Assembly (NCBI GenBank): GCA_903926385.1
Contig: CAIYIS010000061.1
Location: 14,864-78,863 of the forward strand
Source of the DNA: an uncultured Bacteroidota bacterium
GTDB taxonomy: Bacteria; Bacteroidota; Bacteroidia; 2-12-FULL-35-15
Reading direction: 5' to 3'
Length of the DNA: 64,000 bases
A model generated the notes under the pieces. It worked only from the letters and a program-made list of their open reading frames with translations. It did not search any database and was not told where the DNA came from. The position numbers were made by a program, and so were the translations under genes. Positions 15,963-26,883 of the stretch are shown here, piece by piece. The number at the start of each line of letters is the position of its first letter. The first letter of the stretch is position 1.

Positions 15963-17858
15963 TTACTTCTTTTTGTTGTTTGCCAAAGCCTGTCTTTCCT
16001 TTGTCATTTGCTCAAGGCGTTGCTGAAACTTAGATTGTGTAACCGGTTTCTTTTTATTGTTCTGTATTTTTGCATGTAATTTATCATGGTCGATAACGTA
16101 TTTCTGCATTACCCATGTTTGTCCGAAAGTAATCATATTGGCAAGGAAATAATACCAACTCAATCCAGCCGAATAACTATTCATAAATCCTAAGAACATA
16201 ATTGGCATCAGGTACATCATCCATTTCATGCCCGGCATTTGGTTTTGAGTGCCCATAAGCTGGCTATTGCTCCAAGTATATAGTAATGTTGAAACGGTCA
16301 TCAATAAAGCGAATAAACTTACATGGTCTCCATACCAAGGAACAGCGAATCCGAAATTGTAAATAGAATCGTAAGTAGACAAATCGTGAGCCCATAGGAA
16401 ACCCTGCTGACGTAATTCGATGGAAGCCGGGAAAAAGTTAAAGAGAGCAATTAGTATTGGCATTTGAAGCAATACGGGAATACAGCCAGCCATAGGATTT
16501 ACACCGGCTTGTTTGTATAAAGCCATAGTAGCTTGTTGTTTTTTTACTGCATCTTCATTTTTAAATTTCTCATTTATCTCATCTATTTCCGGCTTCAGTA
16601 CTTTCATTTTAGCTGAAGAAAGAACTGTTTTGTAAGCAATCGGTAATAAAAGGAGTTTAATAATGATGGTAAGTATTAAAATAATAATACCATAATTCAT
16701 GTGGAATCCATCAAGGAAATTGAATATCGGAATTACCAGGAAACGGTTAATCCAGCCAAATATTTTCCAACCGAGAGCAATTTGTTTTTCCAAATCAACA
16801 TCATATTTTTTTAATGTTTTGAAATGGTTGGGCCCAAAGTAAAAACGCATTCCATACGAATCATTTTGTTGTGCATTGTAAGGTATGGAGAAAGAAGCGG
16901 TATAGTTTTTAATGTATTTTACTGAAGTCTTTTCCATTGCCGATTCCACTTCTGTATGTTTGTCGAATGCATTGTCAGCAATTAATACAGAAGTAAAGAA
17001 TTGTTGTTTGAACGCCACCCATTTTACCTTCTTGTCAAACGATTTTTTGTCTTCCGAACCTTCGCTTATCTTATCAACACCATCTTCAATTGTGTTAAAG
17101 TAAACTGTTGAAGCTCGTTGCTGGTTTTGGTGATTTTGCTCCAGTTTAGGAGTACGCATTTGCCAGTTAAGTTTCAAATCCGTTGTGTTGTTAGCAATAA
17201 CATCCTGCATTCCGGCAGTGTTTATGCGGAAGCCTAACATATATTCATTTCCTGTTAATGAATAAACATATTCAATGTACTTACCTTTACTGCCTGCATA
17301 CAGACGCATCGATAGACTTTTAGTGTCAGTTCCGGTAATTTTGAAAGCCTGTCCTTCTGGAGTAAAATAAAGAGAGTCGGTGGAGAATGGTTTGCCAAAT
17401 GCATTGAATTGAATATTCTGAGTAGACGAATCGGCATCGAATAATCTTAGTGGTTTACCATCGTAAGTTTTATAGTTTTTTAATTCAACCGAAGCTATAC
17501 GTCCTCCTTTGGCTGACACGTTAACTTTCATTACTTCATTTTCGAGAGTAATAATCTCGTTCGAACCTTTAGCGGCATCAACAAACCCTCCGTAAGCAGA
17601 CTTTTGCAGAATGGCTTTTGCCGAATCAGATAAATTAGCTGTGGTATTTGCAGTGCCGGCCACTCCGTTGTTTCCGGTTACATTCTTTTTAGTGTTGAGC
17701 GAAGCTAATTTTGCTTTTTGGATTTCATTAAACTTAAAAGTTGAATCTTGAATGTGTTTAAGTTTTGCCTGCTCCAAAGCGGTTGGCTGACTAAAGTACA
17801 ACCAGCCGATTAATATTCCCCCTATAATGACAAGGCCAATTACCGAATTTTTATCCAT
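15963..17858 (-). CDS. yidC: Membrane protein insertase YidC
   Basis: N-terminal TM; periplasmic domain WVAFKQQFF; GVNPMAGCIPVLLQMP; FLWAHDLS. Confidence 0.97.
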   Translation of the reverse strand: MDKNSVIGLVIIGGILIGWLYFSQPTALEQAKLKHIQDSTFKFNEIQKAKLASLNTKKNVTGNNGVAGTANTTANLSDSAKAILQKSAYGGFVDAAKGSNEIITLENEVMKVNVSAKGGRIASVELKNYKTYDGKPLRLFDADSSTQNIQFNAFGKPFSTDSLYFTPEGQAFKITGTDTKSLSMRLYAGSKGKYIEYVYSLTGNEYMLGFRINTAGMQDVIANNTTDLKLNWQMRTPKLEQNHQNQQRASTVYFNTIEDGVDKISEGSEDKKSFDKKVKWVAFKQQFFTSVLIADNAFDKHTEVESAMEKTSVKYIKNYTASFSIPYNAQQNDSYGMRFYFGPNHFKTLKKYDVDLEKQIALGWKIFGWINRFLVIPIFNFLDGFHMNYGIIILILTIIIKLLLLPIAYKTVLSSAKMKVLKPEIDEINEKFKNEDAVKKQQATMALYKQAGVNPMAGCIPVLLQMPILIALFNFFPASIELRQQGFLWAHDLSTYDSIYNFGFAVPWYGDHVSLFALLMTVSTLLYTWSNSQLMGTQNQMPGMKWMMYLMPIMFLGFMNSYSAGLSWYYFLANMITFGQTWVMQKYVIDHDKLHAKIQNNKKKPVTQSKFQQRLEQMTKERQALANNKKK

Positions 17859-17891
17859 TTCTATTTAATATATGTCTTTTTTTTAAGGGCG

Positions 17892-17899
17892 CAAAGATA
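17892..17899 (-). promoter_or_regulatory. -7 promoter element (TATCTTTG) for yidC
   Basis: Exact TAnnTTTG match on the minus strand about 35 nt upstream of the ATG. Confidence 0.55.
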
Positions 17900-17957
17900 A
17901 TAATAATTCTATGTTGCGATAGGTTAATAAGTGTTATAAGGAAAAGGTGAAAAGAGC

Positions 17958-19982
17958 TTACTTCTCCACTATTTTAAACTCTGTTCTTCTGTTCTTGGCT
18001 CTGCCTGCAGGTGTTGAATTGTCAGCGACCGGTTGAGTAGAACCAAAACCTTTAAAGGCAAGCAGGCGGCTTTCGTTAATGCCTTTTGCCAGTAATATAT
18101 CCCTTACAGTAAATGCTCTGTCGGCTGATAAAGCAAGATTGGCTTTTTCGTTACCTACATTATCGGTATGACCATAAATCTCTATCTTCAGAGAAGGATG
18201 TGCTCTCAGAAAATCTATAAATTCTTCAAGAACGATAAGCGAACGAGGGTCTAAAGTTGCTGCATTGGTAGCATAGTAAATATCGTTAAGTGGATACGTT
18301 TGTCCAATCTTAAGTGTGTCGGTTACCATGTTTACTTTAGCCGGTTTTGCATTTATCAATGAATCCTTTGAAACTAATTGCGAACTGAAAGCATAATTAT
18401 CTTTTTTTACGGTCACAATTAAATCGTGTTTTTCTTTTGCATTCACCATCACAGCATAGGTTCCAGTTAGGGTATCGACCATAGCTTTTGTTACTTTTTT
18501 GGTAACAGCATCTTTCACTTCTACATCAAATTTCTTGATGTCGCTATTACCTTTGTCTTCAATATTTCCTTTAAAGAAGGCTACTTCATCCGGACGAGCT
18601 TCTTTATACAATTCAAATGAATAAATATCTAAACCTCCCACAGATTTACCTTTTATTCTTCCGTTGGCGCTCGAAGTAAAATAGCCAAGATGCCCGTCTG
18701 TACTTACGAAGAATCCTAAGTCATCAGAAGTGGTGTTGATAGGAACTCCAATGTTTTTAGGTTCCAGCCATTCGCCTTTATCGTTTTTGCGAGCATAAAA
18801 AATATCAAATCCTCCTATTCCGGGCTGTCCGGATGAAGAAAAATAAAGCGTTTGAAAGTCGGAGTGAATAAACGGACATTTTTCATCACCATTGGTATTG
18901 ATGGTTCGGCCCAGGTTAGCAGGTTTACTCCATAAACCGGTGAAGTCATCTCTTTTGGTTACATAGATATCGATTCCTCCGTATCCACCCAGACGGTCGG
19001 AAGCGAAGTATAATGTTTTACCATCAGAAGCCAGCGAAGGCTGAGAGTCCCATCTAATAGGGTCGTTTATCCCTTCCACTTTCTTAGGCTTTGACCATTC
19101 TCCGTCTGAATAATCAGAATAATAAATATCGTAATTCATGTTTCCGCCTTTTTCCAGCACTCCCATGGTAAAGTAAAGATGCTTGTTGTCGATACTGATG
19201 GTGGCACCGCCTTCGTTTCCTCCTTCATTAAATGGAGGTGGCATAGGTCCGCCTTTATCAAATATTCCTGTTTTCATATTTCGCTTGCTGATGCAAAACA
19301 TATCTCTGAGATTATCTTCTTGCTGAAATGTTGCGTTACGGTCTTTGTACTCCACTTTGCGTGTGTACAACATCGATTCATCATCCGGAGCAATTATTGG
19401 CAAATACTCATCTTTGTCGGTGCAAATACCTGCTACCGGTTTTGGGTCGAATGGAACAGGATGGCCCATAATTTCGCTGAAAGACTTAGCATATTTCATC
19501 ATATCCTTAGCTTGAGAAATAAAAGCTGGATAGTTTTTGTTGAACTTGGTATCATCATCCGATTTGTAATTCAAGAACAATTTCAGATACTTTGTACAAC
19601 TGTCCCATTTTTCTTCCTCATAATAAATGAATCCTAAATAATAAGGCGGGTCGGAATGGTAATTAGGGCACAGCTGAATTACTTTTTTGAAATAAGGTTC
19701 GGTTGGCTTAAACGAAGCGTTAGCATAAATCAATGTTTTAATTCTTTCTTCGGCATACGCAAAATTGGCATCTACATAATCAGGTTCCAGGTCGAGGGCC
19801 TTTTTGAGAAAGTCCAAACGCTCTTCCTTTTTATTCTTTTTATCCATTCCCTGCTGATAAAGCTTCACTGCTTTTTCATTGTCCATTTGCTGACATTTTT
19901 TTTCGTCCTGTGCAAAAGATTGAAACGAAATAAATACAGCAGAAAGAAGAAAGATGATTTTGTAATATCGATTCATACTCAT
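17958..19982 (-). CDS. TPR / PD40 (WD40-like) / OmpA-C domain protein (PorE-like architecture)
   Basis: TPR-like N-terminus; PD40 repeats (QPSLASDGKTLYFASDR, PFIHSDFQTLYFSS); OmpA GHTD...NLALSADRA...RAKNRRTEF. Confidence 0.9.
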   Translation of the reverse strand: MSMNRYYKIIFLLSAVFISFQSFAQDEKKCQQMDNEKAVKLYQQGMDKKNKKEERLDFLKKALDLEPDYVDANFAYAEERIKTLIYANASFKPTEPYFKKVIQLCPNYHSDPPYYLGFIYYEEEKWDSCTKYLKLFLNYKSDDDTKFNKNYPAFISQAKDMMKYAKSFSEIMGHPVPFDPKPVAGICTDKDEYLPIIAPDDESMLYTRKVEYKDRNATFQQEDNLRDMFCISKRNMKTGIFDKGGPMPPPFNEGGNEGGATISIDNKHLYFTMGVLEKGGNMNYDIYYSDYSDGEWSKPKKVEGINDPIRWDSQPSLASDGKTLYFASDRLGGYGGIDIYVTKRDDFTGLWSKPANLGRTINTNGDEKCPFIHSDFQTLYFSSSGQPGIGGFDIFYARKNDKGEWLEPKNIGVPINTTSDDLGFFVSTDGHLGYFTSSANGRIKGKSVGGLDIYSFELYKEARPDEVAFFKGNIEDKGNSDIKKFDVEVKDAVTKKVTKAMVDTLTGTYAVMVNAKEKHDLIVTVKKDNYAFSSQLVSKDSLINAKPAKVNMVTDTLKIGQTYPLNDIYYATNAATLDPRSLIVLEEFIDFLRAHPSLKIEIYGHTDNVGNEKANLALSADRAFTVRDILLAKGINESRLLAFKGFGSTQPVADNSTPAGRAKNRRTEFKIVEK

Positions 19983-20040
19983 TGAAAAGAAAATAATTTT
20001 TTAAAGTATAGTTTTAATTTTTGTTTGTATTGTTGAATCA

Positions 20041-20081
20041 TCTCTTCCCTGTCAGAGTTTGGAACACTGACAGGGAAGAGA
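20041..20081. terminator. Intergenic hairpin after the AsmA-like gene
   Basis: tctcttccctgtcag...ctgacagggaagaga 15-bp inverted repeat. Confidence 0.7.
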
Positions 20082-20089
20082 GAAAAGAA

Positions 20090-22900
20090 TTACTTCGCAA
20101 GTTTTTTGTCCGATTCGGCTTTTGCTTTCAGTAATATATCATCCGCTTTTTTATTTGCTTCGTCCACTATTTTCTGAGTCTTTTTATCCACTTCAGTTTT
20201 GGCGTTCGGAGCAGCGGCTTTAGCTGCCATCTTTGCTATCGGGTTGTTAATATCATTGATGTTTTTATCAATGGCTGCATAGCCTTCCGATTTTGTACGG
20301 TCAGCCAATGCTCTAGCATCAGCCTTTATCTTGTCGGCTTGGGCTTGCGCATCTTTCATAATTTTATCAGCCTCTTCTTTTGCTTTATCCTTAGCCATGT
20401 CCACAACTTTCGACACAACTTCTTTTACCTGCTCTTTGGGAGCTTGATCGGAGTTAAATAAATCTGTCTTTATAGTTGGTTTGCTTATAGTACCGCCAAA
20501 CAAAGCTTTGATCTTTATTTTATCTCCCATTTTCACATTGGTTCCGGCTTGTTTATTAAACTGGTCGAGTAAACCACCTGCCACAGCATTAGCTTGCGAA
20601 CCAAATTCTGATCGAGGTATCTCCAGATTCCAGGTGTAATCAATAGTTTGATCAAATCCTGTTGAACCTTTTACCTTACCAGTTACATTACCCGATTTTA
20701 TTGGCATTTCCTGAACCTGTACTCTTCCATCTTTAAATTCATAAGTAGCGTTGATATTTTCGAAAGTTAGTTTTTTATATTTTTCCTGCTTCAATGCATC
20801 TGCCAGTTTGTTGATGGGTTCAAAGCCTTCCACAGTAACACTTTTGGTTTCCAGTTTTCCTCCGCCCGACAACGTTTTCAAATCGGGAGACATGTGCTGG
20901 TCGAGGTTGGTTGCAAATCTCATTTGTGTGCCAAACTTACCTTTTGCGTATTTGCCGATAGGCGCAAGTTTCTGAGCACTGTTGAATGTTTTAAATGTTT
21001 TAGGAATATCGAAGTTAGCTATATCAATATCAAAATCTACCGAAGGCTTTTTGATGTTTTGCGTATTGTACACACCACTCATCTTTAATGAACCTTCCAT
21101 TTGGTTCATCTCCATTTTCAAATTGCTTAACGACATTTTGCTATCCTTAACACCCACACCACCGCTCATAGCAGTGATATCAAGATTGTCGTAAAGTATT
21201 CTGGCAATGTTCACCGAAAGATTTACATCCAGATTAGACGGTACAGCCACTACACTCATTTTAGCTGTATCGGCTGTGGCCGCGGCTTTAGGCTTAGTGG
21301 TATCTTTAGGCATAAATTCATTCAAATCTATCAGCGAAGATTTTAAATTGAATGAGCCTTTCAAGAGTTCATTCTTTAATGCATATTGCAAAAAGTTGTC
21401 GATGCGGCCATCCATGCTGAAATCGCTTCTTCCTACCTTAGCATTCAATTTAGATAACTCCACATATTTAGGTGTGAACTCCAATGCTAACTGACTAATT
21501 TGAGTTGGATAGTTCAGCGATTTAGATTTGTAATTCATATTGGTAATGCTGAGTTGTCCGCGAGCATCAAATTTTTCGTATTGCTGTTTTTCAATAGCAC
21601 TCATGCGGCCTTTCATTTTAATATCCGCATTAATATTACCATTGAGGTCGTCTCCTTTTTCGAGCGGAATAACATCACGCATGCTGGCAAGGTTTATTTT
21701 GGCCATTACTTCGGCAACTATATTTGCATCTGATACAGGAGTTGAAACATGCATCTTCGCATCAACCGGATTACCGCCCATCTCCACATGAAACTTCGTT
21801 AAGTCGATTACGGTAGCATCGGTAACTCCGGTTTTATTATCTACCGTTAAATCTACCTCAATGTTGGTAGCCGCTTTAGGCAAAGAAGGATATTGGAACA
21901 TGGCATTTTGAATGAGCAATTTTAAACCATAAGCCGGCATGGTCTTATCATTGTAAATACCTTTAGCAAATCCATTAAGTGCAAGCGTTCCCGATGTTTT
22001 TACATCTTTGAAGTCTTTGGTGTAAACGCCCGGTACCAATGATAGAATGTTTTTGAACTCCGTTTGATTGGCTTTAAATTTCAAGTCCATGTCCATATCT
22101 TTTTTGGGCATGGCAAAGTATCCATCCAAACCAAGTGTAAGTTCGTTGAACGAAAACTCATTCTCTTTAAATGTAAATTTAAAATTCGGCATATCGGCAT
22201 CCAAGTCCACTTTTAGGCGGGTTTTAACTTTGTTCATGTAACTGATGCCACCGTAATTGATGCTTAGTTTTTCTATCTCGGTTAATGTTTGCAACAAGAA
22301 ATTATCCGAAGTAAAATCACCGCTCAAATTAAAATTCATGTCGTATAGCTCAGCTTTCATGCCCATTTTGGCATCATCGTATACTATGTATCCGTTTTTA
22401 ATTTGTAGTTTCTTCAACGTCATCTTGAACTTCGAAGGTTCGGAAGGTGCAGCTTTGGTGGTATCTGAGCTAGGTTTGGTTATGTCCCAGTTAGCTTTCC
22501 CGTTTTTCATCACCAGGGCATGTATGCGAGGTTGATTGATGGAAATAGAGTTTATCTTGTAGTTATCGCCTTTGATAACACTCATCAAATTTAAACCTAC
22601 CGAAAGATTTTTGGTAAACAACAACGTGTCGCCTTCGAAATCGCCAACATTGGCAACGCTTACATTGTCGATAGACAAAGAGAAGTTAGGGAAGGATGTA
22701 AGTAAAGTTAAATCGAAATCACCAAAATTAATCGAAGCATTCAAACTTTTGTTGGCTTCATCTTTTACAAATTGTACAATTTGTTTTTTGAAAACAAATG
22801 GCGCAATGATGATTAAAATAATCAGCACTAAAAACGTGATTCCTGTCCATTTTAAAATTCTGCGGAATAAGCTTTTTTTCTGTTTGTGATGTCTCGACAT
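20090..22900 (-). CDS. AsmA family / AsmA-like C-terminal region protein
   Basis: N-terminal TM anchor, repeated beta-taco-like strands (GKANWDI, LLKGSFNLKSSLIDLN) and a C-terminal coiled coil. Confidence 0.85.
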   Translation of the reverse strand: MSRHHKQKKSLFRRILKWTGITFLVLIILIIIAPFVFKKQIVQFVKDEANKSLNASINFGDFDLTLLTSFPNFSLSIDNVSVANVGDFEGDTLLFTKNLSVGLNLMSVIKGDNYKINSISINQPRIHALVMKNGKANWDITKPSSDTTKAAPSEPSKFKMTLKKLQIKNGYIVYDDAKMGMKAELYDMNFNLSGDFTSDNFLLQTLTEIEKLSINYGGISYMNKVKTRLKVDLDADMPNFKFTFKENEFSFNELTLGLDGYFAMPKKDMDMDLKFKANQTEFKNILSLVPGVYTKDFKDVKTSGTLALNGFAKGIYNDKTMPAYGLKLLIQNAMFQYPSLPKAATNIEVDLTVDNKTGVTDATVIDLTKFHVEMGGNPVDAKMHVSTPVSDANIVAEVMAKINLASMRDVIPLEKGDDLNGNINADIKMKGRMSAIEKQQYEKFDARGQLSITNMNYKSKSLNYPTQISQLALEFTPKYVELSKLNAKVGRSDFSMDGRIDNFLQYALKNELLKGSFNLKSSLIDLNEFMPKDTTKPKAAATADTAKMSVVAVPSNLDVNLSVNIARILYDNLDITAMSGGVGVKDSKMSLSNLKMEMNQMEGSLKMSGVYNTQNIKKPSVDFDIDIANFDIPKTFKTFNSAQKLAPIGKYAKGKFGTQMRFATNLDQHMSPDLKTLSGGGKLETKSVTVEGFEPINKLADALKQEKYKKLTFENINATYEFKDGRVQVQEMPIKSGNVTGKVKGSTGFDQTIDYTWNLEIPRSEFGSQANAVAGGLLDQFNKQAGTNVKMGDKIKIKALFGGTISKPTIKTDLFNSDQAPKEQVKEVVSKVVDMAKDKAKEEADKIMKDAQAQADKIKADARALADRTKSEGYAAIDKNINDINNPIAKMAAKAAAPNAKTEVDKKTQKIVDEANKKADDILLKAKAESDKKLAK

Positions 22901-23000
22901 GATGGTTTTTTATTTGTTGTTGTTTATTATTTATTGTTTGTTTTGATTTAGTTTATTGTAATGCGATAAAGTATTGTCAGATAAAAAATATTATGCTTTC

Positions 23001-24080
23001 TTACATTTTATTGGTTCGAGCCATTAAAATGAAATCGACCATAGCGATTGCGGCCATAGCTTCTACAATGGGCACAGCACGAGGCACCACACATACATCG
23101 TGTCGGCCTATGCCTTTCATTTCTATTATTTCGCCTTTGGCATTTAAGGCATTTTGGGTTTGCATAATTGTAGCAATGGGTTTGAATGCTGTATTAAAAT
23201 AAATATCTTCTCCGTTACTTATGCCTCCCTGTATTCCTCCGGAATGATTTGTATTAGTGAGATTGGCATTGCTTCCTTTTTCGGAAAATGCATCATTATG
23301 TTGACTGCCGTTCATGGCAGTTCCTGCAAAACCACTGCCATATTCAAAGCCTTTCACTGCATTTATGCCCATTACCGCATAAGCCAATTGCGCATGAAGT
23401 TTATCAAATACAGGCTCACCAAGCCCCGCGGGAGCACCTTTAATAATGCAGGTTATCACTCCTCCTAATGTATCACCTGCCTGTTGAGTTTGTTCTATCT
23501 GTTTTATCATTTCCTCAGCAGCAGCGGCATCCGGGCAACGCACTGCATTGGTTTCAGTTTTTGTTAAATCGAGTTGAGTATATTCTTTGGATAATTTTAT
23601 CTGTCCAATTTGTGAAGTGTAAGCCTGAACAGTGATGTTATACTGAGCCAATACTAATTTGGCTATAGCTCCAGCTACTACACGGCATACCGTTTCGCGG
23701 GCAGAAGTGCGTCCACCACCACGATGGTCGCGTACGGTATATTTTTGCTGATATGTATAATCGGCATGCGATGGACGAAAAACATCTTTCAGATGATCGT
23801 AATCTCCGGAGTGATGGTTTTCGTTTTTGATAGTAAATCCTATGGGAGTGCCGGTGGTAATGCCATTGAGGATACCCGATAAAAAAAGAACGGTATCGCT
23901 TTCGTTTCGCGGGCTTACTACTGCCGACTGTCCTGGCCTTCTGCGGTTAAGTTCGTTTTGAACAAAATCAAAATCTATTTTTAAACCGGCCGGACAACCA
24001 TCAATAATACCGCCCATAGCTTCGCCATGCGACTCGCCAAAGCTGGTTAGCTTAAATATTTTTCCAATTGTATTTCCCAA
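23001..24080 (-). CDS. aroC: Chorismate synthase (TTG start)
   Basis: [40 protein letters not shown] motifs. Confidence 0.97.
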   Translation of the reverse strand: MGNTIGKIFKLTSFGESHGEAMGGIIDGCPAGLKIDFDFVQNELNRRRPGQSAVVSPRNESDTVLFLSGILNGITTGTPIGFTIKNENHHSGDYDHLKDVFRPSHADYTYQQKYTVRDHRGGGRTSARETVCRVVAGAIAKLVLAQYNITVQAYTSQIGQIKLSKEYTQLDLTKTETNAVRCPDAAAAEEMIKQIEQTQQAGDTLGGVITCIIKGAPAGLGEPVFDKLHAQLAYAVMGINAVKGFEYGSGFAGTAMNGSQHNDAFSEKGSNANLTNTNHSGGIQGGISNGEDIYFNTAFKPIATIMQTQNALNAKGEIIEMKGIGRHDVCVVPRAVPIVEAMAAIAMVDFILMARTNKM

Positions 24081-24367
24081 GAAAAACGAATTTATTTGTT
24101 CAAAAAGTTAAGGTGCAAAATTAAGATAATATGGCTGATATTGTATAGTGGTTCATAAATAAAGTTACTCACTTATTGAAGTAATATATTTTCAATTAAA
24201 AATAAGTTCAAGCCCTCATTCGGTTTCCATTATCCGCCCTCTCTTTGGCTTTAGTGATAACACAAGCCGAACGGATGTGTAAACCTCAATTGTCTGCTTT
24301 GTCATTTATTCGCTTTTATATAATTTTGTGACGAAAGATAGACAACCTTGTTTTATTTCATTTATTT

Positions 24368-25261
24368 TTGACAAAAATATTTATTGTGAAAAAATTATTC
24401 TATCCCCTGCGTTTAGTCGCTTTTGTGGCATTTGTTATTCTTGGTTCGTGCACGCATTACATTTATATCTCGCGAAGCGGATGGCAGGAAAAAACTGTAG
24501 TGCCCGATGGAAAACCAATTGAATGGAAAATTCCGTTGCGCTACTATGACGAAAGTAGTAAGCTGCAATACACTGTTACCAACGATTTCCACAATATGTA
24601 TTTTCTGATTCGTGTGGCCGACCAACAGGCACAGGTTAAAATGCTAAAAGCAGGTTTGCAACTTTGGATTGATACCACCGGACAAAATGAACATCATATC
24701 GGAATAATGTTTCCCCTCTCTAGTGCGGTGCGAAAGGCAGAAGAAGAGGAGCCTGTACTGGTAAATGCCGATAAACGCGATAGTAAGTCGGAGAAGATAA
24801 AGTTCAGAAGCGGTTATAAGGAAATGGAATTAATCGGTTTCAAATCTCCTATAGTTGGCATCAATCCGATAAACAGCAAGTATGGCATTACTGCAAGTAT
24901 TAATTGGGACAGCCTTGATGTGATGACGTATGAAGCCATTGTTCCTTTTCGCACGTTTTACAAAGATTCGATAACACCCAAAGATAGCTTAAAACTAATG
25001 GGCGTATCGATTGTGTTAAATGCAATACCTTTAATGAAAACCGAAGGAGAGCACGAAGGACGTGCCGGACGACTACAAGGAGCCGGTGGAGGAGTGCCCG
25101 GAAGCGGAAGTGGAATGCCTCAAGGAGGAGGACATGGTGGTGGAAGAGGGGGATACGCCCGTCAGGGAAGAGCGCCTACCTTTGGGCCTAGTTATCTCAA
25201 CGAAACCAATGTTATCAAAAAAACATTTCAACTTTCCGGACTTGGCTTACCTCCAAAGTAG
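24368..25261 (+). CDS. Hypothetical lipoprotein with a Gly-rich C-terminal segment
   Basis: Lipobox LGSC; DG...EW motif; GGGVPGSGSGMPQGGGHGGGRGG stretch. The start may be GTG at about 24386. Confidence 0.7.
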   Translation: MTKIFIVKKLFYPLRLVAFVAFVILGSCTHYIYISRSGWQEKTVVPDGKPIEWKIPLRYYDESSKLQYTVTNDFHNMYFLIRVADQQAQVKMLKAGLQLWIDTTGQNEHHIGIMFPLSSAVRKAEEEEPVLVNADKRDSKSEKIKFRSGYKEMELIGFKSPIVGINPINSKYGITASINWDSLDVMTYEAIVPFRTFYKDSITPKDSLKLMGVSIVLNAIPLMKTEGEHEGRAGRLQGAGGGVPGSGSGMPQGGGHGGGRGGYARQGRAPTFGPSYLNETNVIKKTFQLSGLGLPPK

Positions 25262-25266
25262 GCCAT

Positions 25267-25289
25267 AGCAGCAGGTTTTAGCTGCTGCT
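25267..25289. terminator. Hairpin between convergent genes
   Basis: agcagcag-gttttag-ctgctgct. Confidence 0.55.
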
Positions 25290-25292
25290 CAA

Positions 25293-26264
25293 TTATTCGG
25301 TAATTTCTACTACATATGTTGCTTCGTTTACCGAAGATAAATTCTTGAGTATAAAAAATGGAAACGAATTCTTGCCATAGGCAGGAGCCATTTCGTTTTT
25401 GTCTTTCCCGTTGTTCACTATTATGCCTTCGCCAGTAAGCGGTTCATCAGTATCGTGCTCGCCAAAGTAGGCTATAATATTGGCATTGGTAGTTGTGTTT
25501 CTTACATTGATGAGTTGTGTATCCTCAAAAAGCTCATTAAATATAACCACTTTGGCCCCCGGAGCAATACTTCCGCTTTTTACCACATGATGATGACGGG
25601 TACTATTAAATAATAAATGGAAACTAAAAAACGACATAGAGGTTGGTATGTCGCCCGGAAACAAGCCACCAACTGTATGTATAGCCGAACATAAATTTAA
25701 TTCGAGTGTTGTTCGTGTGGTATCGCGGTCGTCTCGTTTGGTCGATACGTTACCTTTTTGAGTCATCTGATTTGATTTTGCAGTTGTCCACTGCGCTTTG
25801 AATCCCTGAAGTAATGCGGCTAAAGTGGTACCTAATGCAGTAGCGTTAGTACTTGCAGCTGTTTTTACACGTTGTGTTAAAGCGTTCATTTCGGTTTGAC
25901 GGGCAATAGTGTATTCCGTAACTTTATGCGGATAAAATTGAAGATAGGCAGTGGTGGCGCGACCTCCAAGGGCAGAGGCTATAAATGGTTCTTGTTCGCT
26001 CATTGTTTTTTTGAACAAGGTCATTGTTCCTTCCACATTCATGGTTCCTCCCTTTTGCAAGGTTAGCGCCACATCCAGATTACTTATGTTTCCTGAAAAA
26101 GCAGGATAAGACGAATTAAGCAAGGTAAGGATAGCGTCAAAACGGCTTCCGGTGTTTCCACTCGTAAGGCGCGCTATGCAATCGGAAGCAAAACTATCCA
26201 ATCTGGTATTGATAATATTTTTGTCATTAAAATAATTTTCAAATATTTTGTCTGGTGAAATCAT
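25293..26264 (-). CDS. Hypothetical protein: long helical N-domain plus C-terminal beta domain
   Basis: 323-aa ORF, Ala/Thr-rich amphipathic helices to about aa 215, then beta-strand pattern; no signal peptide. Confidence 0.75.
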   Translation of the reverse strand: MISPDKIFENYFNDKNIINTRLDSFASDCIARLTSGNTGSRFDAILTLLNSSYPAFSGNISNLDVALTLQKGGTMNVEGTMTLFKKTMSEQEPFIASALGGRATTAYLQFYPHKVTEYTIARQTEMNALTQRVKTAASTNATALGTTLAALLQGFKAQWTTAKSNQMTQKGNVSTKRDDRDTTRTTLELNLCSAIHTVGGLFPGDIPTSMSFFSFHLLFNSTRHHHVVKSGSIAPGAKVVIFNELFEDTQLINVRNTTTNANIIAYFGEHDTDEPLTGEGIIVNNGKDKNEMAPAYGKNSFPFFILKNLSSVNEATYVVEITE

Positions 26265-26399
26265 GATACTTTGTTTTTATTGTTTTTACTACTTGATATA
26301 ATAATTGATTATGTATTTAATTCGTTTTAATTAGTTGCTGTAGTTTGCTTACAGCGATTAAATTTGTTCAACATGTTTTCCCATTTTCAGGAATACCTA

Positions 26400-26656
26400 T
26401 TGAACACGTTCAGGGGCTTTTCCTGATTTTCGGAATAGGTGTTGAACACGTTCAGAGGCCTTTCCTGATTTTCGGAATAGGTGTTGAACACGTTCAGAGG
26501 CCTTTCCTGATTTCCGGAATAGCTGTTGAACACGTTCAGAGGCTATTCCCGATTTTCGGAATAAGTGTTGAACACGTTCAGAGGCTATTCCCGATTTTCG
26601 GAATAGGTGTTGAACACGTTCAGAGGCCTTTCCTGATTTTCGGAATAAGTGTTGAA
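26400..26656. repeat. Tandem array of six 42-bp repeats (TTGAACACGTTCAGAGGCCTTTCCTGATTTTCGGAATAGGTG)
   Basis: TGAAC cores at 26401, 26443, 26485, 26527, 26569 and 26611, partial at 26653; each unit holds two palindromes about 21 bp apart. Confidence 0.97.
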
Positions 26657-26883
26657 ATTATTATATAGGAATTCGGAAAATTTGGGCACGCCATCCAACG
26701 GGTTGCCTTTATTTTCCTGCTTTTTCCCTACTTATTAAATTTTTCAAAGAAGCATTCCCGACTTTTCGGGATGGCACAAAAGTGAATAATTACTGTATAC
26801 AAAATACCTAAGTAGTGATTTTAACAACTTGACTGTAAGGATTAATTTGTATCTTTACACTATAATTATAAATACTTTTTATT

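Noticed and set aside
26345-26668. 107-aa plus-strand ORF (VEHVQRPFLIFGIG)n, or CRISPR array
   Set aside because: The ORF is a by-product of the 42-bp repeat with a weak TTG start; the array has no variable spacers.
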